Assembly: GCA_036564905.1 (NCBI GenBank)
Contig: DATCOD010000054.1
Coordinates: 1 to 59,202, forward strand
Source of the DNA: Candidatus Limnocylindria bacterium
GTDB taxonomy: Bacteria > Chloroflexota > Limnocylindria > P2-11E
Reading direction: 5' to 3'
DNA: 59,202 nucleotides
Positions within the stretch are counted from its first letter, which is position 1. Every line of letters begins with the position of its first letter. Made by a program: the position numbers and the translations under genes. Shown one piece after another: positions 8,935 to 19,149 of the stretch. The notes under the pieces were generated by a model that saw only the letters and a list, made by a program, of their open reading frames with translations, made no database searches and was not told the DNA's origin.

Positions 8935-9522
8935 CTATGCCTTGCCCGCGGCGCAGAGCACCGCGACGGCCATGGTCGCCGCGGCGTCCTCGTCGCTCAG
9001 CCCGCTGTCCGTCGTGAGCGCGCGCCAGGTCTCGAATCGCAGCGCGAGGTCGAGCAGCGCTCGCACGCCCGCCCCTCTGCTGCCCCGCAGCCGCCAGCCA
9101 TGGACGATCGCCGCGACGGCCAGGCCGCGGCTCGCGACGAATCGTCGGCCCACGAGGTGTGGGATCAGCGGAGCGTCGCGAACGACCGGCCAGAGCTCGC
9201 GCTCGTTCGCGCGGAAGTAGCTGTACATCTCGCCGAGCGCGCGACGCACTCGCGCCGCCGGGTCATCGATCGCCAGCCACGGCTCGGTCGGCGGGTACGG
9301 ATGGCGCTCGTAGAACAGCCCGCCGCATGCGACGAAGAGCGCCTTCTCGTCGGGGAAGTGGCTGTACACGGTGTGGCGCTGGACCCCGGCGGCCTCTGCG
9401 ACCGCCATGATCGACGTCCGCGCCGGGCCGATCGTCGTGTGCAGCCGCATGGTCGCCTCGATGATCCGCAGGCGGGTCTCGCCCATCCGGGCTGCCCTGA
9501 CCTTGAGCTCGTACTTGGCCAC
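8935..9522 (-). CDS. TetR/AcrR-family regulator
   Basis: TRLRIIEAT...TSIMAVAEAAGVQRHTVYSHFPDEKALF HTH; TAAACT 6 nt before the GTG. Confidence 0.9.
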   Translation of the reverse strand: MAKYELKVRAARMGETRLRIIEATMRLHTTIGPARTSIMAVAEAAGVQRHTVYSHFPDEKALFVACGGLFYERHPYPPTEPWLAIDDPAARVRRALGEMYSYFRANERELWPVVRDAPLIPHLVGRRFVASRGLAVAAIVHGWRLRGSRGAGVRALLDLALRFETWRALTTDSGLSDEDAAATMAVAVLCAAGKA

Positions 9523-9536
9523 GCCGGAAGTTTACG

Positions 9537-9604
9537 GCACAGCGGTGTGCAGCCATCTTGACAGGGCCGCAGCGGCGGTAGATATTCACGGCACATCGCT
9601 GTGC
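9537..9604. promoter_or_regulatory. Two palindromic operators (GCACA-N4-TGTGC) flanking a sigma70 promoter
   Basis: GCACAGCGGTGTGC at 9537-9550 and GCACATCGCTGTGC at 9591-9604; TTGACA (9558-9563)-N17-GATATT (9581-9586) between them. Confidence 0.75.
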
Positions 9605-9624
9605 AACTAACTGGAGGTGCGCGG

Positions 9625-10167
9625 ATGGCTGTGCTCGGTCCATACCACCCGGAGGGCGACGTCGCGGCGCGGATGGGCGCGCTCCAGGGCGCGCGGTTCA
9701 CACCAGGCGTCGTGTTCTCGGTCGAGAGGGAGCAGGTCGGCCCGGAGGCCGCCGGGGCGATCCTCGTCCTCCAGAGCACGCTCGCGGATGCGGAGAAGGC
9801 CCAGCAGTTCTGGTCACGGGCCGCGTCCACGATCGAAGCCGCGCTCGGCTCGGCGGGCTTCATCCGGCTCATCGGCTTCGGTGACGGACCAGAGAGCTAC
9901 GCGTTGGCCTTCTGGCGCACGCTCGCCGACGCCGAGGCGTACGCGAGAGCTCTTCCCCACCGCGAAGCGGTGAAGGAGCTCTACGCCACGGGCAACCAGT
10001 ACAGCCACTTCGCGGCCCTGTTCGCGGCCGCCAGCCCACGCAAGCGCCACATCTTCTGTGAGCACTGCGGCGTCCAGAACGACGTCCGGGAGCGCTGCGC
10101 GCAGTGCGGGAACGCGCTCATCGACAGCTTCAGCCGCGTGGAGGCCGCCGCTCCCGCTAGTGCTTGA
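9625..10167 (+). CDS. ABM/DUF3291-like domain protein with C-terminal zinc ribbon
   Basis: GGAGG before ATG 9625; GFIRL...AFWRTLADAEAYARALPHREAV; CEHC...CAQC at the C-terminus. Confidence 0.6.
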   Translation: MAVLGPYHPEGDVAARMGALQGARFTPGVVFSVEREQVGPEAAGAILVLQSTLADAEKAQQFWSRAASTIEAALGSAGFIRLIGFGDGPESYALAFWRTLADAEAYARALPHREAVKELYATGNQYSHFAALFAAASPRKRHIFCEHCGVQNDVRERCAQCGNALIDSFSRVEAAAPASA

Positions 10168-11698
10168 AGTGACGCCGTCCGGTGAAGAGCATCGCCATGC
10201 GGTGGCGGTTCGCGGTGTCGATCATCATCTGATCGCGCATCGAGCCGCCGGGCTGGATGATCGCCGTCACGCCGGCGCGGGCCGCGACCTCGATGCCGTC
10301 GGGGAACGGGAAGTAGGCGTCCGACGACATGACCGCGAGGCGCGCATTCTCGCCGGCCTTGCGTACGGCAACCTCGACCGCGACGACGCGTGACAGCTGC
10401 CCCGGGCCGATGCCGACGCTCATCAGGTTCTTCGCGAGCACGATCCCGTTCGACGTGACATGCCGTACGCACCGCCACGAGAAGATGAGATCGGTCAGCT
10501 CCTCGAGCGTCGGGTGGCGTTCGGTCACGACCTTGAAGTTCGATTCGTCCGCGACCGATTCATCGGGCGTCTGCACGAGCATGCCGCCGGAGACGCGCTT
10601 GTAGTCGAGCATCCCGTCGCCGCGGCGGCCACGCAGCTGGGGCACCCAGCCCTTGACCGCGAAGATCTCGAGGTTCTTCCGCTCTTTCAGGATCGGAAGC
10701 GCGTCGTCCGTATACGCGGGCGCGATGATCGCCTCGTAGAACGTGTCCTTGAGCGCGTCGGCGAGCTCGCGCGTCACCGGGCGGTTCACCGCGACTATGC
10801 CGCCGAACGCGGAGACCGAATCGCAGAGGAACGCGCTCCGATACGCCTTCACGATGTCGACATCGGACGCGATGCCGCACGGGTTCTGGTGCTTCACGAT
10901 CGCGGCCGTCGGCTGCGTGAAGTCCGATGCGATACGCCAGGCGGCGTTGATGTCGAGCATGTTGTTGAAGCTCGTTGCCTTGCCGTGCAGCTGCTCCATG
11001 TTCGTCATCGCGCCCGCTTCGCCGCGCACCGCGTAGAACGCGGCCTGCTGGTGCGGGTTCTCCCCGTACCGGAGGTCGCGGACCTTGCGGAGCGAGAGCG
11101 TCAGCTCGTCCGGGAACTGCACGCCGGCATCCGTCGCGACCTGCGCCGCGATCGCCGCGTCGTACGCAGCGGTGTGCGAGAACGCCTCAGCCGCGAGCTG
11201 CCGGCGCGTCTCCGCGGAGACCGAAGCGCGTTCACGGAGCTCCTCGAGGACCGGGCCGTAGCGCTCCGGCCGAGAAAGGATGATGACGTCCGCATGGTTC
11301 TTCGCGGCGGCCCGCAGGAGCGTCACGCCGCCGATGTCGATCTTCTCGAGAAGCGCGTCGCCCGACGCGCCGGATGCCGCCGCCTCGCGGAACGAGTAGA
11401 GGTTCGAGGCGACGAGATCGATGGGCACGATGCCCTGCGCGTTCAGCTCCGCCATGTGCTTCTCGCTGCTGCGGCGGGCGAGGATCGCGCCGTGGATCTT
11501 CGGGTGAAGGGTCTTTACCCGGCCGTCGAGCAGCATCGGCGAGCCCGTGATGTCGTCGACCGAGCGGGCGGTGATGCCTTCGGCTGCGAGCGCAGCCCGG
11601 GTCCCGTCGGTGGCGACCAGCTCCCAACCAAGCTCCTGCAGCCCGCGAGCGAGCGCGATCAGTCCGGTCTTGTCGTCAACGGAAAGAAGTGCGCGCAT
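10157..11698 (-). CDS. purH: Bifunctional AICAR transformylase/IMP cyclohydrolase
   Basis: RALLSVDDKTG, GRVKTLHP, IDIGG, LRYGENPHQ, KHQNPCG, SDAYFPFPDG, RHFKH. Confidence 0.97.
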   Translation of the reverse strand: MRALLSVDDKTGLIALARGLQELGWELVATDGTRAALAAEGITARSVDDITGSPMLLDGRVKTLHPKIHGAILARRSSEKHMAELNAQGIVPIDLVASNLYSFREAAASGASGDALLEKIDIGGVTLLRAAAKNHADVIILSRPERYGPVLEELRERASVSAETRRQLAAEAFSHTAAYDAAIAAQVATDAGVQFPDELTLSLRKVRDLRYGENPHQQAAFYAVRGEAGAMTNMEQLHGKATSFNNMLDINAAWRIASDFTQPTAAIVKHQNPCGIASDVDIVKAYRSAFLCDSVSAFGGIVAVNRPVTRELADALKDTFYEAIIAPAYTDDALPILKERKNLEIFAVKGWVPQLRGRRGDGMLDYKRVSGGMLVQTPDESVADESNFKVVTERHPTLEELTDLIFSWRCVRHVTSNGIVLAKNLMSVGIGPGQLSRVVAVEVAVRKAGENARLAVMSSDAYFPFPDGIEVAARAGVTAIIQPGGSMRDQMMIDTANRHRMAMLFTGRRHFKH

Positions 11699-11752
11699 GC
11701 GTCTCCATCACTCGAGGCGTTGTCGGGATTCGCTCGGTAGTATAGGTAGCCC

Positions 11753-12136
11753 GTGCCACTCGACATCGGGCATTTCGCCCACCGCTTCATCGAGCCGTTC
11801 AACGGCGAATCCCGCTTCTACTGGCCGGCGGTGATCGCGTTGGGGATCGCGCTCGTCGCGAACATCGTCTGGTATTACCTGCCGGTGCGCGGCGTCTCGC
11901 CCGCGGAGCGCACGGCCCGGCCGTGGGCATTCTGGTTCAACGTGATCGCGCTGATCCTCGCGACGGTCTTCCTGATCGCGAAAGCCCCGTTCATGCTGAT
12001 CGCGGTCGCCTTCGGCATCGACCTCGCGATCCTCGTCTACATCTACGGCTCATGGCTCCCGCCCCTCGAAGCCGCATGGCTCCGCGAGCTGCGGCGCCAG
12101 AAATACCTCCCGAAGCCGAAACGCCGCCGGCGCTAG
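11753..12136 (+). CDS. Small membrane protein with about three TM helices and a basic C-terminal tail
   Basis: Hydrophobic segments, coding-like codon usage, ends PKPKRRRR; fills the gap between purH and acyP. Confidence 0.75.
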   Translation: MPLDIGHFAHRFIEPFNGESRFYWPAVIALGIALVANIVWYYLPVRGVSPAERTARPWAFWFNVIALILATVFLIAKAPFMLIAVAFGIDLAILVYIYGSWLPPLEAAWLRELRRQKYLPKPKRRRR

Positions 12137-12402
12137 CCGATCGAGAAGCCGCGGTACCGGGGTTCTCCCGGTAACGGTTCGGCCTCCACGGACTCGACCT
12201 CCGCGTACCCCGGTCCGTGATGGAGCCAGGCCTCGAACTTCGCGAGCGCCCCGGCATCACCCTCGGCCTCGGCCTCGACCGCGCCGTCCGCCCGATTCCA
12301 GACGCGCCCATGCAGACCGAGCCGGCGCGCGTAGTCCGCGGCGGTGGCGCGGAACGTCACGCCCTGGACGCGGCCACGGACGATGAAGCGCTTCCCGCTC
12401 AT
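12133..12402 (-). CDS. acyP: Acylphosphatase
   Basis: VRGRVQGVTFR, GRVWNRADGAVE; ATG 12402 overlaps the polX stop (ATGA). Confidence 0.92.
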   Translation of the reverse strand: MSGKRFIVRGRVQGVTFRATAADYARRLGLHGRVWNRADGAVEAEAEGDAGALAKFEAWLHHGPGYAEVESVEAEPLPGEPRYRGFSIG

Positions 12403-14144
12403 GTCACCTTGCGCCGCAGCACGGCGTCGAGGCCACGGGTGTTGCCGACGCGGTCGGCGGTCGCCCAACCGCGCCGCGCGGTCGCCGCGCCGTACACCGT
12501 CCACTCGAGCTCCTCGACGGCATGGGCGTCGGAGTCGATCACCAGCGTCGCGCCCTTCTCCACCGCCTTGCGCACCGCCCAGTCCGGGAGATCGAGCCGC
12601 TCCGGACCGCCATTCACTTCGAGCCGCGTCCCGGTCGCGACCGCGGCGTCGATGATCGCGTCCATGTCCACGTCGTAGGGGTCGCGCCGTTCCAGCAGGC
12701 GGCCGGTGGGATGCGAGATCGCGGTGACGAGCGGGTGCCGCATCGCGCCGACGAGCCGCTGCGTGATCTGCTCGCGCGGCTGGTTGAACGCCGAGTGGAT
12801 CGACGCGGTCACGACCTCGAAACCGGCGAGCACGTCATCCGGGTAATCGAGCCGGCCATCGGCGCGGATCTCGAGCTCGGTACCGATGAGGATCCGGAAC
12901 GGCGCGAGCTCCTGGTTGAGCTTCGCGATCTCCTTGGCGCGCGCCGCGATCCGTTCGAGGTTGAGCCCGTTCGTCATGCCGAGCCCCACGGAGTGGTCGG
13001 TCACGGCGACATACGCGTACCCCTTGTCACGCGCGCGGCGGACCATCGCCGCGAGGGTGTCACGACCGTCGGTCCAGTCCGAATGGACGTGCAGGTCGCC
13101 GTTCAGGTCCTCGACCTTGACCAGCGCGGGCAGCGCGTGGGCGAGGGCCGCGTCGATCTCGCCATGATCCTCGCGGAGCTCCGGCGGGATCCAGTCCATG
13201 CCGAGCGCCGCGTAGATGTCCTCCTCGGTGCGCGACGCGATCGGCGTGCCGCCCTTCTCCTCGCCGACGCGATACAGGCCGTACTCGTTCAGCAGGAGCT
13301 TCTTCCGCAGGGCGTACCCACGGAGCCGGACGTTGTGCTCCTTCGAGCCGGTGAAATAGAGCAGCGCCGCGCCCCACGACGGCGCCGGCACGACCCGCAG
13401 GTCGATCTGGAGCCCGCGCTCGACGATGACCGATGACTTCGTGTCTCCCTGCGCGAGAACGCGCTCGACGTTCGGCGCGCCGGTGAATGCGGCCATGACG
13501 GGCGCGGCCTGGTCGCTCGCGACCAGGAGATCGATGTCGCCGATGGTCTCCTTCCACCGCCGCACGCTCCCGCAGACCGAGATCTCCCCGACATTCGCGG
13601 TCTCGCGCAGATATCCGACCATGTGTTCGGCGGCCGTGCGGGCGTGGCTGATGAGCGACCGGCCGGTGCGCTGCCGTAGCGAGGCGATCGACTTGAGGAT
13701 GTTCTCCTCGGTCTTCGCCTGGATCTTCGGCAGGCTCCGCAGGCGACCGTCCTTCGCCGCCGCTTCGAGCTCGTCGATCGTCGTGATCTTCAGGTGCTGG
13801 TGGATGAGGCGCGCCGTCGCCGGGCCGACACCCTTCACCCGCAGCAGCGTCAGGAGGCCGTCCGGGACCGCGGCCTTCAGCTCCTCATGCCGCCTCGCCT
13901 TGCCACCCTGGAGGTACTGCGCGATGGCCTCACCCACCGAGGTACCGACCTTCGGGATCGTGGCCAGGTGACCCGCCTCGTAGATCGCGCGGATCGGCTC
14001 GCGCAGATCGCGGATCTCCCGGGCTGCCGCGCGGTACGTGACGGCACGAAAGACGTTCTCGCCCTTCAGCTCGAGGAGGTCGCCGATCTCGTCGAGCAGG
14101 TCGGCGACGCGGGAGTTCTCTTCGGGGGCGTACTCGCGGGACAC
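12399..14144 (-). CDS. polX: DNA polymerase X with PHP domain
   Basis: HhH motifs, GSVRR.KETIGDID, YFTGSKEHN, DLHVHS..TDG, VTDHS, HPTGR, DSDAH. Confidence 0.95.
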   Translation of the reverse strand: MSREYAPEENSRVADLLDEIGDLLELKGENVFRAVTYRAAAREIRDLREPIRAIYEAGHLATIPKVGTSVGEAIAQYLQGGKARRHEELKAAVPDGLLTLLRVKGVGPATARLIHQHLKITTIDELEAAAKDGRLRSLPKIQAKTEENILKSIASLRQRTGRSLISHARTAAEHMVGYLRETANVGEISVCGSVRRWKETIGDIDLLVASDQAAPVMAAFTGAPNVERVLAQGDTKSSVIVERGLQIDLRVVPAPSWGAALLYFTGSKEHNVRLRGYALRKKLLLNEYGLYRVGEEKGGTPIASRTEEDIYAALGMDWIPPELREDHGEIDAALAHALPALVKVEDLNGDLHVHSDWTDGRDTLAAMVRRARDKGYAYVAVTDHSVGLGMTNGLNLERIAARAKEIAKLNQELAPFRILIGTELEIRADGRLDYPDDVLAGFEVVTASIHSAFNQPREQITQRLVGAMRHPLVTAISHPTGRLLERRDPYDVDMDAIIDAAVATGTRLEVNGGPERLDLPDWAVRKAVEKGATLVIDSDAHAVEELEWTVYGAATARRGWATADRVGNTRGLDAVLRRKVT

Positions 14145-14157
14145 GCCGCGATGCTAG

Positions 14158-15483
14158 CTAGCGCCGGGTCTGGGCGAGCTCCAGCATCGCGAAGGCCTCG
14201 TCGATCGAACCGCGGGCCCGCAGGATCTTCGAGTACTCGGATGCCGCGAGCGACAGGTCGGCCCGGTCGTCGACCGCCGACAGCAGCTCGATGGCTCGCT
14301 TGAACGCTCGATCGGCCTCGACCGTCTCGCCGCGCGCCTCGCTCGCGGCCGCGATCACCCGCAGCGCGTGCGCACGCTGGATCTGATCGCCCACCGCGCC
14401 AAGCACCCGCTCGGCCTGGCGCGCGACGCGCTTCGCCTCCGCGGCATCGCCCTCGCTGAGCAGCACGCGCGCGCGGACCACCTGTGCCGATGCCCCCGAG
14501 CGCTCGTCCCCGACGTCGGCGGCCCGCGCGATCGTTCGGTCGGCGAGGTCGCGGGCCAGCGCGACATGACCCTGCTGGAAGTGGATCGATGCGAGCGACT
14601 GCCGGGCCTGGAGCTCGAAGGTCGTGTCGGCGATGCGCTCGAAGAGCTGGAGCGCGCGCTCGTAGCTCACGATCGCCGCGTCGAGCTGGCCGGAGTCGTA
14701 GTGCGACACAGCGATGCCCATGAAGCCCTGCGCCGCGAGCCGCAGCTCGTTGGCCCGCGACGCGGTCGCGAGCGCGGTCTCGTACGACGCGATCGCCTTC
14801 GTGGTGCGCCCGAGCCGGCGGTAGGTCGTGCCGAGCGCGACCCCCACGCGGGCGCGGAGCCGCGGGTCGAGGATCTCGTAGCGCTCGACGACGTCGCGCA
14901 CGGTCTCGAACGCTTCCGTGGAGGCCACGAGCTGGCCGGCGTCGCCGTACGCGAGCGCACGCACGTACAGCAGCCGCGCGACATCGATCGGCTGCTTCGT
15001 GATATCGAGGAGCGCCAGCCCCTCGGTCACGCGATCGAACGCTTCCTCGCGTCGGCCCTGATTCAGTGCCGCGCTCGCGAGCAATCGCAGGAACGCCGCG
15101 CGTTCGACGGCGTCCGGGGCGACCGCAAGCCCGGCGACACATTCCCGTTCGGACGTCGGCCAGTCCTCCCGCTCGGCCGCGGCCTCCGCCGCGAGTCGAT
15201 GGAACGCGACCCGCTTCGTTGTGGCGAGCGGCTCGTCGGCGATGAAGTAGTCCAGCGGGCGCCCGAGCTTCGCGGCGATGTGCTGGAGCGAGCGGATGGA
15301 TGGCCGGACCTGCCCGGATTCGATCTGGCTGATGAACCCCTTCGTGAGCTCGTCGCCGGCGAGCTGCGCCTGGCTGATGCCGGCGTCCCGCCGTGCGCTG
15401 CGGACCCGCGCGCCGAGGGTCTGACCCCCTTCCGACACCGTTCCAGCGCCGGCGCGTCTTGACCGCTTGGGTTCAGTGGCCAT
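14158..15483 (-). CDS. XRE-HTH + TPR regulator, 441 aa (RRNPP-like peptide receptor candidate)
   Basis: From ATG 15483: LGARVRSARRDAGISQAQLAGDELTKGFISQIESGQVRPSIRSLQHIAAKLG, then repeated TPR-like helices (LGTTYRRLGRTTKAIASYETAL; IAVSHYDSGQLDAAIVSYERAL). The ORF-track extension to 15786 overlaps two opposite-strand genes. Confidence 0.88.
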   Translation of the reverse strand: MATEPKRSRRAGAGTVSEGGQTLGARVRSARRDAGISQAQLAGDELTKGFISQIESGQVRPSIRSLQHIAAKLGRPLDYFIADEPLATTKRVAFHRLAAEAAAEREDWPTSERECVAGLAVAPDAVERAAFLRLLASAALNQGRREEAFDRVTEGLALLDITKQPIDVARLLYVRALAYGDAGQLVASTEAFETVRDVVERYEILDPRLRARVGVALGTTYRRLGRTTKAIASYETALATASRANELRLAAQGFMGIAVSHYDSGQLDAAIVSYERALQLFERIADTTFELQARQSLASIHFQQGHVALARDLADRTIARAADVGDERSGASAQVVRARVLLSEGDAAEAKRVARQAERVLGAVGDQIQRAHALRVIAAASEARGETVEADRAFKRAIELLSAVDDRADLSLAASEYSKILRARGSIDEAFAMLELAQTRR

Positions 15484-15500
15484 AATCGCTGAGCACGATA
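15459..15500. promoter_or_regulatory. Overlapping divergent promoters for the receptor and propeptide genes
   Basis: Plus strand TTGACC (15459-15464)-N16-CATAAT (15481-15486); minus strand TATCGT (15500-15495). Confidence 0.5.
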
Positions 15501-15541
15501 CCGAACACCGGCGGTCACCGACAGTGGGGAGCGTGGTGAAG

Positions 15542-15691
15542 ATGAAGATCATTCGATCGGCGTCGCTCGCGATCATCGTCGCTCTGGCGCTCCTAGCTGG
15601 TTTCGCGTCGACGGCCAACGCCGAGAGTGGCGCCGGGCCGGCCGCATCCGCGGTGTCGGATCCGGTCGATCCGGGCCTGCCGCCCGACTGA
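15542..15691 (+). CDS. 49-aa secreted propeptide (candidate signalling peptide precursor)
   Basis: GGGGAG at 15526-15531; MKIIRSASLAIIVALALLAGFASTANA|ESGAGPAASAVSDPVDPGLPPD has a basic n-region, hydrophobic core and A-N-A cleavage site. In-frame GTGs at 15533 and 15536 are alternative starts. Confidence 0.8.
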   Translation: MKIIRSASLAIIVALALLAGFASTANAESGAGPAASAVSDPVDPGLPPD

Positions 15692-15717
15692 TCCGCCCGT
15701 TCCGATAGGCTCGTCGC

Positions 15718-15924
15718 GTGCCCACCGCCTCCACCGATCGTCGCCAGCTGATCGAGATCGACGGCAAGGCCTTCCTGTTCCAGCACGGTTATCGCTTCGG
15801 GAAGGTCACGTACGTCACGCGCCTCCCGATCGGCCGCAGCCGCACGGTCTGGTCACCGGGGCATCTTGGTCCGAGCGAGGTCGAGGCGGTCGTCCGCGGG
15901 GACAACCCGTGGATGTTGGATTGA
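15718..15924 (+). CDS. 68-aa protein of unknown function
   Basis: TAGGCT 6 nt before the GTG, the window's leaderless pattern; composition unlike the shadow ORFs. Confidence 0.7.
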   Translation: MPTASTDRRQLIEIDGKAFLFQHGYRFGKVTYVTRLPIGRSRTVWSPGHLGPSEVEAVVRGDNPWMLD

Positions 15925-15928
15925 ACGA

Positions 15929-16017
15929 GCTAGGAGCGGCTTTGCCGCGACGAGCGAGTCCACCAGCCCTGAGCATTCTCTCGACGCAGTCGAGAGAGAG
16001 CGATGGACTGACCTAAC
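15929..16017. other. Multi-stem structured intergenic element (REP-like repeat or ncRNA)
   Basis: Hairpins GCGGC-TTT-GCCGC (15936-15948) and TCTCTCGAC-GCA-GTCGAGAGA (15977-15997), with enclosing pairings AGTCCA/TGGACT and TAGG/CCTA. Confidence 0.55.
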
Positions 16018-16491
16018 GCGCGCGGTCGTCCAGCGCGTTCGGGCGGCGTCAGTCGAAGTCGACGATCAGCAGGTCGCTTCGATCGACCGCGGCCTGGTCG
16101 TGCTCCTCGGTGTCGGGGCAACGGACACCGCGATCGACGGCGAACGGCTCGCGGCGAAGATCGCGTCGCTGCGCATCTTCGACGACGGCAGCGGCAAGCT
16201 CCAGCACACCGTCGCGGAGGCGCAGGGCAGCGTCCTGGTGGTCCCGCAGTTCACGCTGTACGGCGACCTGCGCCGCGGCCGCCGGCCCGACTTCACCGCG
16301 GCCGCGCCACCCGAGGTCGGACGCCGGCTGTACGAAGCGTTCTGCGGCGTGCTGCGCGCGAGCCGGCTCACCGTATCGACCGGCGTGTTCGGCGCGGCCA
16401 TGCGGGTGCGGATCGATGCGGACGGACCGGTCACGATCGTCGCGTCGACGGATCGCTGGAGCGAGGGTGAGCTCGGCGCCTCGCCCGCGGG

Positions 16492-16495
<4 letters not shown>
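16016..16495 (+). CDS. dtd: D-aminoacyl-tRNA deacylase; apparent ACG start
   Basis: (T)RAVVQRV..ASV, LRIFDD, QFTLYGD..GRRPDF, GVFGAAM, DGPVT. Confidence 0.9.
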
Positions 16496-19137
<2,642 letters not shown>

Positions 19138-19149
19138 GACGATGCCTCC

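Noticed and set aside
11699-11752. Possible ZTP riboswitch upstream of purH
   Set aside because: Only 54 bp shared with a divergent gene, with no matching motif.
15484-15786. 101-aa N-terminal extension of the HTH-TPR protein in the ORF track
   Set aside because: It overlaps the propeptide and 68-aa genes; the HTH, the paralog alignment and a -10 element support ATG 15483.
14158-16017. The peptide cassette as part of a prophage or integrated element (arbitrium-like)
   Set aside because: No integrase, phage gene, tRNA or flanking direct repeat seen; the neighbours are polX and dtd/clpB.
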